This document shows, in pieces, positions 32,169 through 41,408 of a stretch of 64,000 nt of DNA (positions are counted from its first letter, which is position 1; each line of letters opens with the position of its first letter). Made by a program: the position numbers and the translations under genes. The stretch is from positions 124,001-188,000 of the IMG/VR virus record IMGVR_UViG_3300021963_000021; one strand, 5' to 3'. The notes beneath the pieces were generated by a model. The model had not been told where the DNA came from. It did no database searches and saw nothing but the letters and a program-made list of their open reading frames with translations.

Positions 32169-32631
32169 TTGACAGCCTTTGACGCATTTCTATTTCTGTT
32201 CTAAAAGGGCCTTCGTATTGATATCGCTGTAATGTAATTAGTTTAGGGCAAAAACTCTTAACCCAACCTTTATCAAAACGGATAACATAGTAACCTGCGC
32301 AGTAAAGACTTTTACTGTCACCGCTTTTTGTAAAAAGTGGAAGTTTTCTTTTGATGTCAAACATAGCATTGTGTGGTTCGACGCTTGTAGGAAAACCGTG
32401 AACTTCTAGTTCTTCGGCATCATAACTTTCTTTTACAATCTTGGCTATAAAGAAATCTTTACCGAACTGTTTTGTTAGACTTTCTTTATTAGGATAAATC
32501 TTGACGCCTAACTCGTTACTTAAGACAAAACGATCGTCTTCGTTCTTTCTTAAGGTAGCAAATCGACTTCCGTCTTTTTCTACAATCCAAAACTTATCTT
32601 TTATGATTGGCTTGGCATGTAACTCTGTCAT
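32155..32631 (-). CDS. Hypothetical protein
   Basis: 158-aa ORF coupled to the exonuclease gene. Confidence 0.6.
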   Translation of the reverse strand: MTELHAKPIIKDKFWIVEKDGSRFATLRKNEDDRFVLSNELGVKIYPNKESLTKQFGKDFFIAKIVKESYDAEELEVHGFPTSVEPHNAMFDIKRKLPLFTKSGDSKSLYCAGYYVIRFDKGWVKSFCPKLITLQRYQYEGPFRTEIEMRQRLSNVSK

Positions 32632-33614
32632 TGTGTGTACCTCGCATTAAGTGGTTCGGCATATGATTGTGCTTGGTCTGTAATTTTCTTAAGATCAAAA
32701 AGATTACAGAACTTCATTAATCTTATACCAACTTGGCTAATATTTTTATTAGCTGAAGTTGCTGTTTCAATTGTTTCTTTGATAATAGTTTTAATTTCTT
32801 CTGGTTGATGTGATAGATCGATGAGTCTACGATTACGTTCATAGTCATCTAATACACGATGTTCGACACCGTTGTGGTCTGTCCAACGTTGTAGCATTAG
32901 ATTGTTCCAAGAATATCCTTTGGCGTTTTTGTCGCTAAACGCTTCCAAGAGACCAACTTTAGATTTGGTCCCCTTTGTACGCACACCCGGGTAAGCACTA
33001 AAGACGTTGTCGCTAGTGTCACCTCGCATACACTTTTCGAAAAGTAACCATTGCGGATCAGGAGCGGCCTTTTCTTCGCCTGTCTTTTTATCTTTGACCT
33101 TATTACCTTTCGCATCAAAGTATCCCTCATGTGTTATAGTGACTTCGCTTACACCGTTATATTGTTTTACGTTAGGTGCGATCAGTTGCTCAAAATCTGA
33201 GTCAGTGGAAATAATAACATGTTTGCTGTCTGGATGGGATTGTATCCAGCCGGCGATTAAGTCGTCTGCTTCTAGTTGTGGGTGTTGAATTACTGTACAG
33301 TTAGTTTTTTCTGCTACAAATTCTTTAAACGTATCAAATGCTTCCCAGAATAGTTTATCTTCTTCTTGTTCAGAAGCAGTTAACGCAGCACGAGTTTCAG
33401 CTCTATTACGCTTATACGGCTCGTAATAGTCTTTTCGCCAGCTACGACCTTCTAGGCAGAACACTACATGACTGCCGTCAAAATCTTGCCACGCTTTGCG
33501 TATAGAATTTAAAGTAATGTGAAAAGCCATGCCGATTTTAATATCAGCATCACCGCGGATTACGTGTCTAGCACGAAAGAACGTGTTAGCAGTATCTACT
33601 AAAATATAGCTCAT
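32628..33614 (-). CDS. rnh: 5'-3' exonuclease / T4-type RNase H (FEN/PIN fold)
   Basis: ILVDTAN, YKRNR, LEADDLIA, IISTDSDFEQL, GDTSDNV motifs. Confidence 0.9.
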   Translation of the reverse strand: MSYILVDTANTFFRARHVIRGDADIKIGMAFHITLNSIRKAWQDFDGSHVVFCLEGRSWRKDYYEPYKRNRAETRAALTASEQEEDKLFWEAFDTFKEFVAEKTNCTVIQHPQLEADDLIAGWIQSHPDSKHVIISTDSDFEQLIAPNVKQYNGVSEVTITHEGYFDAKGNKVKDKKTGEEKAAPDPQWLLFEKCMRGDTSDNVFSAYPGVRTKGTKSKVGLLEAFSDKNAKGYSWNNLMLQRWTDHNGVEHRVLDDYERNRRLIDLSHQPEEIKTIIKETIETATSANKNISQVGIRLMKFCNLFDLKKITDQAQSYAEPLNARYTQ

Positions 33615-34045
33615 GAAACCTCAGACTTTCCTTTACTCAACGGAGTGACATTAATGAACCCTGCGTTTACACGCTCGGGCTCTGCTACTCCGTCATCGGC
33701 GAGCATGTTTCTAACAATATCACGGAACCAACGATCGACAATTTCTTCGTCAGCGTCGCCATCGAATCCGTAACCTTCTTGTTTTAATTGTAACACAAAT
33801 AATTCGTTCCAGTCAAGCTCAAAAAAACCGTTGCGTATATTATCCTTGTTAACATGAGTATCTAAAACGGATACCCAAGGTTCACCTTTTCTAGTAGCAC
33901 GTTCTTTTGGAGTCAGTTTAGCGAGTTCTTCTGCTTCTTTGGCTTTAAGTGCTTCTCCTTCGGCAACTTTCTTTTCTTGTTCTAATCTTGCTTTGTCTGC
34001 CTCTAATTTAGCAATACCTGTAATTTTTTTAAACCAATCTTTCAT
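33611..34045 (-). CDS. Hypothetical protein (likely start MKDWFK, TAATG-coupled to queE)
   Basis: Stop/start overlap at 34043-34047. Confidence 0.6.
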   Translation of the reverse strand: MKDWFKKITGIAKLEADKARLEQEKKVAEGEALKAKEAEELAKLTPKERATRKGEPWVSVLDTHVNKDNIRNGFFELDWNELFVLQLKQEGYGFDGDADEEIVDRWFRDIVRNMLADDGVAEPERVNAGFINVTPLSKGKSEVS

Positions 34046-34905
34046 TATGTACCCCACTCATTTTTAAATAACGGCACCTGTAAGCGGTCACTATAACGTA
34101 AACCATGTTTCATTGCCATAATAGCTACCGCTTTATTGTTTAATGCGTAAACACTTTCAACACCACCGACTGGCATTAGATAAACGTGTCCTTTAAATCC
34201 AGCGGCACGATATTCGCTTGCGGCTTTAAGCGCATAGTCGCGATCTTCTTCTGTGGCAATAACAAATTTCAAGTATGCTGTACCAACTTCTTCATACTCA
34301 CAAACAACCTCTGGAAGAATTGCTTCTTCCCACTTCTCACCACTACAAGGAAGTTTAGCACTGACACTGAATGTAACTTCTCTAGTGAAGTCTAAGTTAG
34401 GCATCTGCCACTGTAATAGATAGTCTTTAAATTCTGGACTTAGTTTTTGAGTACCATTTGTTTCAAAAGTAATTTCTTTCAATCCAGACATCTTAGGATT
34501 ATCTAGCAAGTCTGGATAAGCACGTTGCCAACCTAGCAATGGCTCGCCACCTGTAATTACGAGATGTTCGTCTAACCATTCATTATGTGGAAGGATTTCC
34601 ATAATTCGATCTGCTATAGCATCGCTTGTGAGCATTGGACTAAGGTCTTTGAATCTTGGATCCCAACTTGCGTAACTGTCACAGCCTGTACTAACAAGTG
34701 GAAGTTCTTCATATTTTGTAAATGGTTTTAAAGTATGTGCTAACGCAATGGTGTCAACTTCGTCACTTAGTTCACCACGTGGCATTCCGAAACCAGCACA
34801 TTTAAAGTTACAACCAAATGTACGTAAGAAAACAGAAGGCACACCCATATAGCGTCCTTCACCTTGTATGCTGTAAAACAGCTCTGCGATTTTGATTTTG
34901 CTCAT
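34045..34905 (-). CDS. queE: 7-carboxy-7-deazaguanine synthase (radical SAM)
   Basis: ELFYSIQGEGRYMGVPSVFLRTFGCN..C..CDS, VITGGEPLL, FETNGT, SDRLQ. Likely start ATG 34905. Confidence 0.88.
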   Translation of the reverse strand: MSKIKIAELFYSIQGEGRYMGVPSVFLRTFGCNFKCAGFGMPRGELSDEVDTIALAHTLKPFTKYEELPLVSTGCDSYASWDPRFKDLSPMLTSDAIADRIMEILPHNEWLDEHLVITGGEPLLGWQRAYPDLLDNPKMSGLKEITFETNGTQKLSPEFKDYLLQWQMPNLDFTREVTFSVSAKLPCSGEKWEEAILPEVVCEYEEVGTAYLKFVIATEEDRDYALKAASEYRAAGFKGHVYLMPVGGVESVYALNNKAVAIMAMKHGLRYSDRLQVPLFKNEWGT

Positions 34906-34911
34906 GTTTAT

Positions 34912-34941
34912 ATTATACACTCATTTCTTTAATTTTGTCAA
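34912..34941 (-). promoter_or_regulatory. Sigma70-type promoter TTGACA-18-TATAAT for queE
   Basis: Consensus hexamers at 34941-34936 and 34917-34912; ATG 6 nt downstream. Confidence 0.75.
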
Positions 34942-35509
34942 CTATACTTTTGAAAATAAATTCATTACCTTCTTTGGTATAATGATTAACATCACCACGG
35001 TTACTTGGCCAATACTCTGAAAAATCTAAATGATTCAATTCGTGACCAAAATGACTGCTGGCACTAGTATGGTCTAATGCTAGATATAGTGTTTGAACAT
35101 TTCTATCTATTTCACTGCGCATCAATCTATAGATATCTTCTTGATACTGTTCATCATAATGATGTTTAAACCAATTTAATGCTGTTACTAAACTTTCGTT
35201 TGATTTGTCTTGATTGTTTTCTAAATCATTAAAGATTAGATCACAGTTTTCGTGTAGCCCTTTTCTTTTTATAGGATGAGTGGGCGTGTGTACACGAAAG
35301 GGACTGGTATGACTAACAATCACTAGATTAAATTCTTTTGTGTTATTATTTTCTATTTGTTTTAAGATCTTATATTCACCAACACCTGCCTGCGCTACGT
35401 TTTTAACTGAATATTCTTTAGACAATAGATCTGCCCAACCAGGATACTCGCCGTTCCATTTGGCAGCAAAACTATCTCCGGCTAGCAGTATTTTTATTTT
35501 TTTAGCCAT
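34913..35509 (-). CDS. SGNH/GDSL-like hydrolase or acyltransferase
   Basis: LLAGDSFA, NVAQAGVG, terminal DVNHY. Confidence 0.65.
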   Translation of the reverse strand: MAKKIKILLAGDSFAAKWNGEYPGWADLLSKEYSVKNVAQAGVGEYKILKQIENNNTKEFNLVIVSHTSPFRVHTPTHPIKRKGLHENCDLIFNDLENNQDKSNESLVTALNWFKHHYDEQYQEDIYRLMRSEIDRNVQTLYLALDHTSASSHFGHELNHLDFSEYWPSNRGDVNHYTKEGNEFIFKSIVDKIKEMSV

Positions 35510-36309
35510 GGGATGAAACTTTCAGCTATCATGCGATGATAATCTTCGTTGTAATGTTCGTTGTCTGGAAGAAAGAATTTAGTATGATCGATAAACTTTT
35601 TACGAAAATAAGTTTCAACTGTTTGTTCGGAAATTTTAGTAGATTTTAATTTTGCGTAGTAATCTAATTTTTCCGGAAACTTAACACGATCAGTCATGTT
35701 AAACAGATACAGTTTACAGCCGTGTTCGTGGCACATAGTATCCATAACAAGTATATCTTTAAAAAAGTCTCTCTGTTCAAGATGTGTATTCAACTCAAAG
35801 AATAGTTTAACATCCATGTACGAATCTTTTCTAAGATCTGGTTTTATAAGACCGCTGGCATAATTAAAATTAATGTCTGCCATTCTTCCAAAATCTTCGT
35901 AAGTGGGTTTATTTAGAAGTTGGAATCTGTCATCTTTAAAAATCGTATCTTGGTATATGTCTACTAATCCGTGCTTGTTTTTATAAAATTCAGTAAAGTA
36001 ATCTGAACCAATAACATCAGCAGATAGTGTTTCATTGAATGCTAAGATAAAACGATTCCAGCTGGCTAGCAGTACAAACACTTCGTCGGTATCTGGATGT
36101 TTATCTAACATTGTTCTAAGCCAGTCTGTATATACTTTGTTTGCTGCTCCGGGAATAGCATACACTGACACTTGTTTGTTATTTTCTTTTGCGTAGAATT
36201 CTGCGTAGTTGTTGTCATTCCATAGGGAGTAACTACCAGGTCCCATCTTGCCTGGTTCTGTTATATAACCGCAGGTGTGACTATCGCCGAGAAATATTGC
36301 TCTACTCAT
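35494..36309 (-). CDS. SGNH/GDSL-like hydrolase or acyltransferase
   Basis: IFLGDSHT, AIPGAAN, terminal DNEHY. Confidence 0.65.
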   Translation of the reverse strand: MSRAIFLGDSHTCGYITEPGKMGPGSYSLWNDNNYAEFYAKENNKQVSVYAIPGAANKVYTDWLRTMLDKHPDTDEVFVLLASWNRFILAFNETLSADVIGSDYFTEFYKNKHGLVDIYQDTIFKDDRFQLLNKPTYEDFGRMADINFNYASGLIKPDLRKDSYMDVKLFFELNTHLEQRDFFKDILVMDTMCHEHGCKLYLFNMTDRVKFPEKLDYYAKLKSTKISEQTVETYFRKKFIDHTKFFLPDNEHYNEDYHRMIAESFIPWLKK

Positions 36310-36503
36310 TGAATACCTTCGCTTAACAGCAATCTACACATTAGCGCATCTTGTTCTGTTTTAAAATGAAACTTCATACATTCTGTGCTGACTTCTGTTG
36401 TATACCGTGTACCTGGTAAACCAAAGTGTTCCATAACGCTAGCACAGGTTTCATTCCACCAAATGTCTTTTTGATTTTGCCAGGGCACGTTTATTGTAAT
36501 CAT
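36306..36503 (-). CDS. Hypothetical protein
   Basis: 65 aa, ATGA-coupled. Confidence 0.55.
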   Translation of the reverse strand: MITINVPWQNQKDIWWNETCASVMEHFGLPGTRYTTEVSTECMKFHFKTEQDALMCRLLLSEGIQ

Positions 36504-36703
36504 TCTGGTACTTGTCTAAATCTAGTAATGAAGCTTTCTAAATAACAGCTATATTCTTTGTTGTTATCTGGATCTTCAGGATCAATAACTACATTTTCTT
36601 TTCTGTAATGTACCCAGGTGTGATCATGTATATCAATTACGTGTATCACACGAAACTTTTGACTAGTTGAACCTTCCCACAATGTACCTTCTTTAACGAT
36701 CAT
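36500..36703 (-). CDS. Hypothetical protein
   Basis: 67 aa, ATGA-coupled. Confidence 0.55.
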   Translation of the reverse strand: MIVKEGTLWEGSTSQKFRVIHVIDIHDHTWVHYRKENVVIDPEDPDNNKEYSCYLESFITRFRQVPE

Positions 36704-37092
36704 TTTTCGCCCTTTCGATAGTTACCTTTTCCTGGGATAGTGTTTCGAACACCGCCCACAGGATCTTCTACATCACCTTTGCGTCTTGGAATGAGATGTA
36801 CATGCGGATACATTACAGTCTGACCAGCAGCTTCACCCCAATTAAGACCAATATTAAATCCGTCCCATTCGCCAATGGCTACCATTTCTTTTCCGTGCTT
36901 GAAAGCATCGGCAAAGCAATCTTCAATAACTCCGTCGGCAGAGTATTGAGGAACGAAAAGAAGATGCCCGGGTGTACAAGGATATTTGTCCTCGAAAACC
37001 ACAACATGGAAGTCCTCCCGGATCTTTTCTGTCCATGGCGCTACGCCATTGGCCGCGGCATCTTCTAAAGTGTAATATTGTATCTTACTCAT
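36700..37092 (-). CDS. HIT-family nucleotide hydrolase
   Basis: DKYPCTPGHLLFVP..FNIGLNWGEAAGQTVMYPHVHLIPR. Confidence 0.9.
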   Translation of the reverse strand: MSKIQYYTLEDAAANGVAPWTEKIREDFHVVVFEDKYPCTPGHLLFVPQYSADGVIEDCFADAFKHGKEMVAIGEWDGFNIGLNWGEAAGQTVMYPHVHLIPRRKGDVEDPVGGVRNTIPGKGNYRKGEK

Positions 37093-37316
37093 CTTGAAAA
37101 GTCCTTGCGCTCTTGCGGTAGCGCATCTTCTTTAACAACAAACTCTCGTCCTAGCATACTGCCGACGTAGACTTTGGTGTTTTCTTTATATACCATTCGT
37201 ATCTTAACAGTTTGTAACGCTACTTCTAGGAAAGCCTTTGGCTTGTGTCCTAGTATATGAGCATCGAGGTCTTTGCCGTTATCAGTACAACGTATTTTTA
37301 TTTTCGAATCAATCAT
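37089..37316 (-). CDS. Hypothetical protein
   Basis: 75 aa, ATGA-coupled. Confidence 0.55.
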   Translation of the reverse strand: MIDSKIKIRCTDNGKDLDAHILGHKPKAFLEVALQTVKIRMVYKENTKVYVGSMLGREFVVKEDALPQERKDFSR

Positions 37317-37810
37317 TTAGTCCACCAATCTTCGTATGGAAAATCAATCCATATATTACGTTCTGCTTTATTAATTTCTTCCCCGGTGAAATCCATTTTA
37401 ACTTTACAGCTCGATGCTAGGTTATCAAACATCACAGCAAATTTCACATTGTTATTCCACACTTCGTTCCAGCGTGTGTGATCGGGCAAACAATTCGCTT
37501 GCCAGTCGTCCATGATCCAATTAAGTGTAGCACCTGTATCGTTGATATCGTCGGCAATTAAGATATTCTTTTCTTCGAACGCATCTTCTGCCATCCAGAG
37601 ATTGCTTTCGCAATCGTCACCATCTCTTAACTGTACTTTAATTGTTTGGCAAGGAATATTAAAATAGTGGCTAATCATTACAGCTGGCAGCAGCCCGCCT
37701 CGGGTTATTCCAACCACATAGTCGGGTTTCCAATCAGATAAACTAATATCTCTACAGATCTTATTGATCAACGCTTGGTACTGTAACCAGCTTACGTTAT
37801 ATTTTTCCAC
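37313..37810 (-). CDS. Type I phosphoribosyltransferase (xanthine/guanine PRT-like)
   Basis: VVGITRGGLLPA, ILIADDINDTGAT PRPP loop, WIDFPYE. Confidence 0.88.
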   Translation of the reverse strand: MEKYNVSWLQYQALINKICRDISLSDWKPDYVVGITRGGLLPAVMISHYFNIPCQTIKVQLRDGDDCESNLWMAEDAFEEKNILIADDINDTGATLNWIMDDWQANCLPDHTRWNEVWNNNVKFAVMFDNLASSCKVKMDFTGEEINKAERNIWIDFPYEDWWTK

Positions 37811-38270
37811 TCTCTAATTTCCTTACGGCAATATATTCCTCATGTTGAATCCATTTGTTATTGACTAGGAAACCCCAATCACGTTTATGTGGACCGGGCA
37901 TAAACAATGTCCAGGCTGTTACACCTTCTTTTAATTCAATGCGATGATAGCTTGTTGGCTTACAAATACGAAAATGCCCAGGGCCTCTCCAGTGGCGTAT
38001 CTCGCCAATCTTTTGGCCAATACTATTAAACTGTGGAACCCATTCATAGTACCCGCCTTTCAAAATTAGTGTAGCATATGGCCAAGGATGATCATGTACA
38101 TCGTCGGGATCGCCTTTTAAAAACTTGTGTAGAAACACATTAAAAGGAAACCAAGAACGATCTTTTAGAAAAAGGTAATACCTTTCTAAGTAAGGCTCAT
38201 TACTTTGCCTATCCATAATAATACGCTTGCGGCCAATGCTATCAAGCCAATTTAGAAAACGGTAAAACAT
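37797..38270 (-). CDS. Cupin-fold protein
   Basis: HDHPW..ILKGGYYE..YHRI..AWTLF metal-binding cupin pattern. Confidence 0.65.
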   Translation of the reverse strand: MFYRFLNWLDSIGRKRIIMDRQSNEPYLERYYLFLKDRSWFPFNVFLHKFLKGDPDDVHDHPWPYATLILKGGYYEWVPQFNSIGQKIGEIRHWRGPGHFRICKPTSYHRIELKEGVTAWTLFMPGPHKRDWGFLVNNKWIQHEEYIAVRKLESGKI

Positions 38271-38277
38271 TATATCC

Positions 38278-38511
38278 TCATTTTTTAGGTTTTGTTGCTT
38301 CTGGTGGTGTGTCAGCGGTTAATGGTCTTCCTTGATCATCATAATGAATATATGTGTCAATGTATCGTACCATACGAACCGGAACCCAATATGCCCTTAG
38401 TAATTTGTTAATACCAATAGCTGTAACGACAATTAATAGGACAGTTAGACAGCCAACAAATGTACCGCCAAACATTGACAGACCTGTAAGTATTGCTGAG
38501 CATTCATTCAT
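38278..38511 (-). CDS. Small membrane protein
   Basis: One long hydrophobic segment; SD AAGGA. Confidence 0.55.
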   Translation of the reverse strand: MNECSAILTGLSMFGGTFVGCLTVLLIVVTAIGINKLLRAYWVPVRMVRYIDTYIHYDDQGRPLTADTPPEATKPKK

Positions 38512-38524
38512 ATATTTCCTTTAG

Positions 38525-39349
38525 TTAGCGTGGAGCAAATTCTTGTTGAAGTTTAATATTATCCATGAACTCTTTTTTAGTTCCTGGATCATCTTTAAAC
38601 GCACCTTTTAATACTGTAGTCTGCGTTAAAGAACTGTGTGCCATAATACCGCGATTCTCACAGCAACCATGTGTTGCCTGTACATAGACTGCTACATTTT
38701 CTGAGTCAGTGGCTTTGCTAATCTCGCGGGCAATGTCGTTACAAAGTTCCTCCTGGAGAGTACCACGTCTTGCACACCACTGTGCGATGCGTGTGTACTT
38801 TGAGAGTCCAATGAGTTTTTGTGCGGCAATAATACCAATATAAGCAACGCCAGTAACGGGTTGATGATGATGGCTACACATACTGCGAAGCTCACTGCGA
38901 ACCACAAGCATACCTTCGTAGCGGTCCTCCGAGTCATTTGGGAAAGCGGTTGCGTCTGGTGCTGGGTCATACCTACCTGCCATTATTTCATTAAAGTACA
39001 TCTTAGCAAGCCTGCGGGCTGTGCCTTGACTGTTAGGATCATTTTCACGGTCAATTAGTAGCGTATCTAACACACGTTCAAACGCTTCTGTTGCTTCGTC
39101 GATAAGTTTTGCTTTATCTTCTTCAGTGACATAGTCACTGATATTGTCACCGGCCCAGAAGCGTTTTTTATCACGCTTCAATTTCGCACGAATAGCATCA
39201 CCTAAATAGCCTTCTGAATATCCTTTGTCGGACATCATTTCACCTGCTTTAACGTACACTTGCTTTTCTAATGGTACGTATTTTTCTTCAACGAACTTTT
39301 TGTCTAACGGTTCGTTGAGAACAGGATCTGGTGTAAATTCTTTTGTCAA
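38525..39349 (-). CDS. folE: GTP cyclohydrolase I
   Basis: SMCSHHHQP, IGLSKYTRI, LQEEL, HGCCENRG; TTG start with SD GGAG. Confidence 0.93.
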   Translation of the reverse strand: MTKEFTPDPVLNEPLDKKFVEEKYVPLEKQVYVKAGEMMSDKGYSEGYLGDAIRAKLKRDKKRFWAGDNISDYVTEEDKAKLIDEATEAFERVLDTLLIDRENDPNSQGTARRLAKMYFNEIMAGRYDPAPDATAFPNDSEDRYEGMLVVRSELRSMCSHHHQPVTGVAYIGIIAAQKLIGLSKYTRIAQWCARRGTLQEELCNDIAREISKATDSENVAVYVQATHGCCENRGIMAHSSLTQTTVLKGAFKDDPGTKKEFMDNIKLQQEFAPR

Positions 39350-39389
39350 TTTATTGTTCTCCGAGTTAATGTCGTGGATGACATATATG

Positions 39390-40454
39390 TTATTTTAAAT
39401 TCTTTAGAAGATTTTCGCAACTGAAGAAGTTGTTTTTTAATTCTTCTACCTGTTTATTTAGGCTAGGTAAGAATTTTTCATAATTTTCCATGTACTGGAT
39501 TATCTTATGACACACTTCTTTTCTATGAACTTCATAGGATTCGAATGATTCTGTCCATTCGCTAGGATATTTGAATGGATCAAATGCCATTTCACTGTAG
39601 CTGAGTCTATCAGGAACCATAGGAATAGCATCTACAACTGCCCCTTCGTACCAACTGATACCTAGGGTTTCTTGTAGATTAGCACTGAATACTAGTTTAG
39701 CTTCACCTAGCATATTATGATATTCGTTCTTGGTCAACGGATATTCTTGGCATACTTTAAATTCGTATTGTGGAAGATGCTTTTTTAAATCAAGAAATAT
39801 ATCTAGCTGCTTTTCTGGAGCAATACGATGTGGGAATAGAATTAAGTTTTTCTTTTCCATTCCTTTATACATCATAAGAGCATTAGTCATATACTCCATT
39901 GGCCAGCCTGTGCGTATAACCTTACCGTCAAAGTCTGCGCCTGAAATAACTTTAGTTCCAAATAGATTTTCAAAGAACATCTTAATATGGAAGTTTGTGG
40001 CAAAGTAGTTGTGGTCAAACGCTTCGTAAAAACTTTTCTCAGCGTGTCTAACCCAAGGCTTGTTGCCAACAAGACGTCCTAGGAAGTCTTGAGGATCATA
40101 ACTGCCAGCATGCCACAGGCCATGAGTGACTACAGGAATATCCAGCAATTCACTCATGTACTTTAAGTTTATGATACCAGGGTGCCAAGCATCAGTAAAA
40201 ATAAAATGATCCCCAGGCTTAATTGCTCCGGCGCAAAATAAACGACCAATCTGCTCAACCTGACTAGACTTGTATATATTAGTCCCGCCAAAATTAAGAA
40301 AGGCCCCAGGAGTAGTGGCACTAGGAATATCCGTAGGGCCAGAGATAACTTGAACATTGTGTCCTGCCTTTCGTAGAAGTTCAGGTACATGAGTCTTCCA
40401 TTGACCCGTGTACCTGGTTTCAACCGCTTCTAGATCAACGAGAAAAACGGTCAT
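39390..40454 (-). CDS. GT-B fold glycosyltransferase (likely start MTVFLV at 40454)
   Basis: ILFPHRIAPEKQ, VFSANLQETLGISWYEGAVVDAIPMVPDRLSYSEM (GT-B E-x7-E-like region). Confidence 0.75.
   Translation of the reverse strand: MTVFLVDLEAVETRYTGQWKTHVPELLRKAGHNVQVISGPTDIPSATTPGAFLNFGGTNIYKSSQVEQIGRLFCAGAIKPGDHFIFTDAWHPGIINLKYMSELLDIPVVTHGLWHAGSYDPQDFLGRLVGNKPWVRHAEKSFYEAFDHNYFATNFHIKMFFENLFGTKVISGADFDGKVIRTGWPMEYMTNALMMYKGMEKKNLILFPHRIAPEKQLDIFLDLKKHLPQYEFKVCQEYPLTKNEYHNMLGEAKLVFSANLQETLGISWYEGAVVDAIPMVPDRLSYSEMAFDPFKYPSEWTESFESYEVHRKEVCHKIIQYMENYEKFLPSLNKQVEELKNNFFSCENLLKNLK
39392..39420 (-). promoter_or_regulatory. Possible sigma70 promoter TTGCGA-17-TAAAAT for folE
   Basis: Near-consensus hexamers with a 17-nt spacer. 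Confidence 0.45.
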
Positions 40455-40704
40455 TGTTATATCTCGGTTTATTACCTTGGTAAGGTTTGCGTTCACCGTT
40501 GTTTCGATCTACCCAAGGACGCTTTGGGCGTTTACTATACAGATAGTTCTGATAGTTTTTTGAATCCTTGCGGTACAAATCCGCAGGGTTGAAATCGCAG
40601 AGTTCAATTCTGCAGTAGTCCAAATACGCTTCAAGATCTTCAAAGATCTTGACAACGTCAGGACGGTTAGTGAAGTAGGAATAGTCCTTGTAGTTCTTAG
40701 ACAT
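40435..40704 (-). CDS. Hypothetical protein
   Basis: 89 aa with SD GAGG and a basic tail. Confidence 0.6.
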   Translation of the reverse strand: MSKNYKDYSYFTNRPDVVKIFEDLEAYLDYCRIELCDFNPADLYRKDSKNYQNYLYSKRPKRPWVDRNNGERKPYQGNKPRYNNDRFSR

Positions 40705-40713
40705 TTTAGCCTC

Positions 40714-41109
40714 TTAGTATTTGATAAACGAACCATTTTCTCCGTCTTCGGAGATCTCAATCCAAATCTCGCGATCTGGATACTTTAGCGAAATAATGTT
40801 GAACAAATCGTCCGACATCATTTCACAACTCTTGTAGTCAAGGCTTAGAATGGAACCTTGACCATTATACAGCGACTCGAGCCATCGTTTGAACTGGATG
40901 AACTCGATGTCCCTGTCATTATGGAGCACACTGATCCACACCCTGAAATGAAAGATGTGGCGATGAGGGTGACCCAAAAACGATACATCATATTCATCTC
41001 CTGTAGCTAAGTTGGGATCTGTAAGAGCCGCAGGATATTTATGAATACCTTCCTTTTGAAAGGTAACCCAGATCATTTTGTTAGGTCTAATATCTTGTTT
41101 AATGATCAT
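40714..41109 (-). CDS. QueD-paralogous T-fold protein, DpdL-like (putative CDG decarboxylase)
   Basis: GIHKYP..LGHPHRHIFHF..DIEFIQFK..SCE..ISEDGENG. Matches the LxxxHRHxF signature I recall for DpdL (from memory, not searched). Confidence 0.65.
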   Translation of the reverse strand: MIIKQDIRPNKMIWVTFQKEGIHKYPAALTDPNLATGDEYDVSFLGHPHRHIFHFRVWISVLHNDRDIEFIQFKRWLESLYNGQGSILSLDYKSCEMMSDDLFNIISLKYPDREIWIEISEDGENGSFIKY

Positions 41110-41408
41110 GCCTTTAGTCCTTCCATAGTAATGATCTTACCGATCTCGTCACCTAGATCTTTATCGTCTGTGATAATATAAAGACCATTATTGCTGGTGT
41201 CACGCTTCATGTCGTATTTGCGTGTTTCGATGATAGTTCCGCCGTTTGCTCGGAATACCTTAAGGGTAAATCCGTTTGCGTCAATGGACCTTTCACCGGT
41301 AGAAAGCACTGCGGCTGTTCCCATTTTTATTCCTTCATCTTGGTATTTGTGGCTGTTATCCCACATATCGCGGGTCTTTTTATACAGCCATTTATCAAAC
41401 CATTTCAT
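41106..41408 (-). CDS. Hypothetical protein
   Basis: 100 aa, ATGA-coupled. Confidence 0.6.
   Translation of the reverse strand: MKWFDKWLYKKTRDMWDNSHKYQDEGIKMGTAAVLSTGERSIDANGFTLKVFRANGGTIIETRKYDMKRDTSNNGLYIITDDKDLGDEIGKIITMEGLKA

Noticed and set aside
39350-39390. Small hairpin (ATGTC/GACAT) upstream of folE as a preQ1 riboswitch
   Set aside because: Only a 5-bp stem; lacks the preQ1-I loop consensus and A-rich tail
40714-41109. Calling this canonical queD
   Set aside because: It has HPHRH rather than the C-x3-HGH QueD motif; a bifunctional role cannot be excluded
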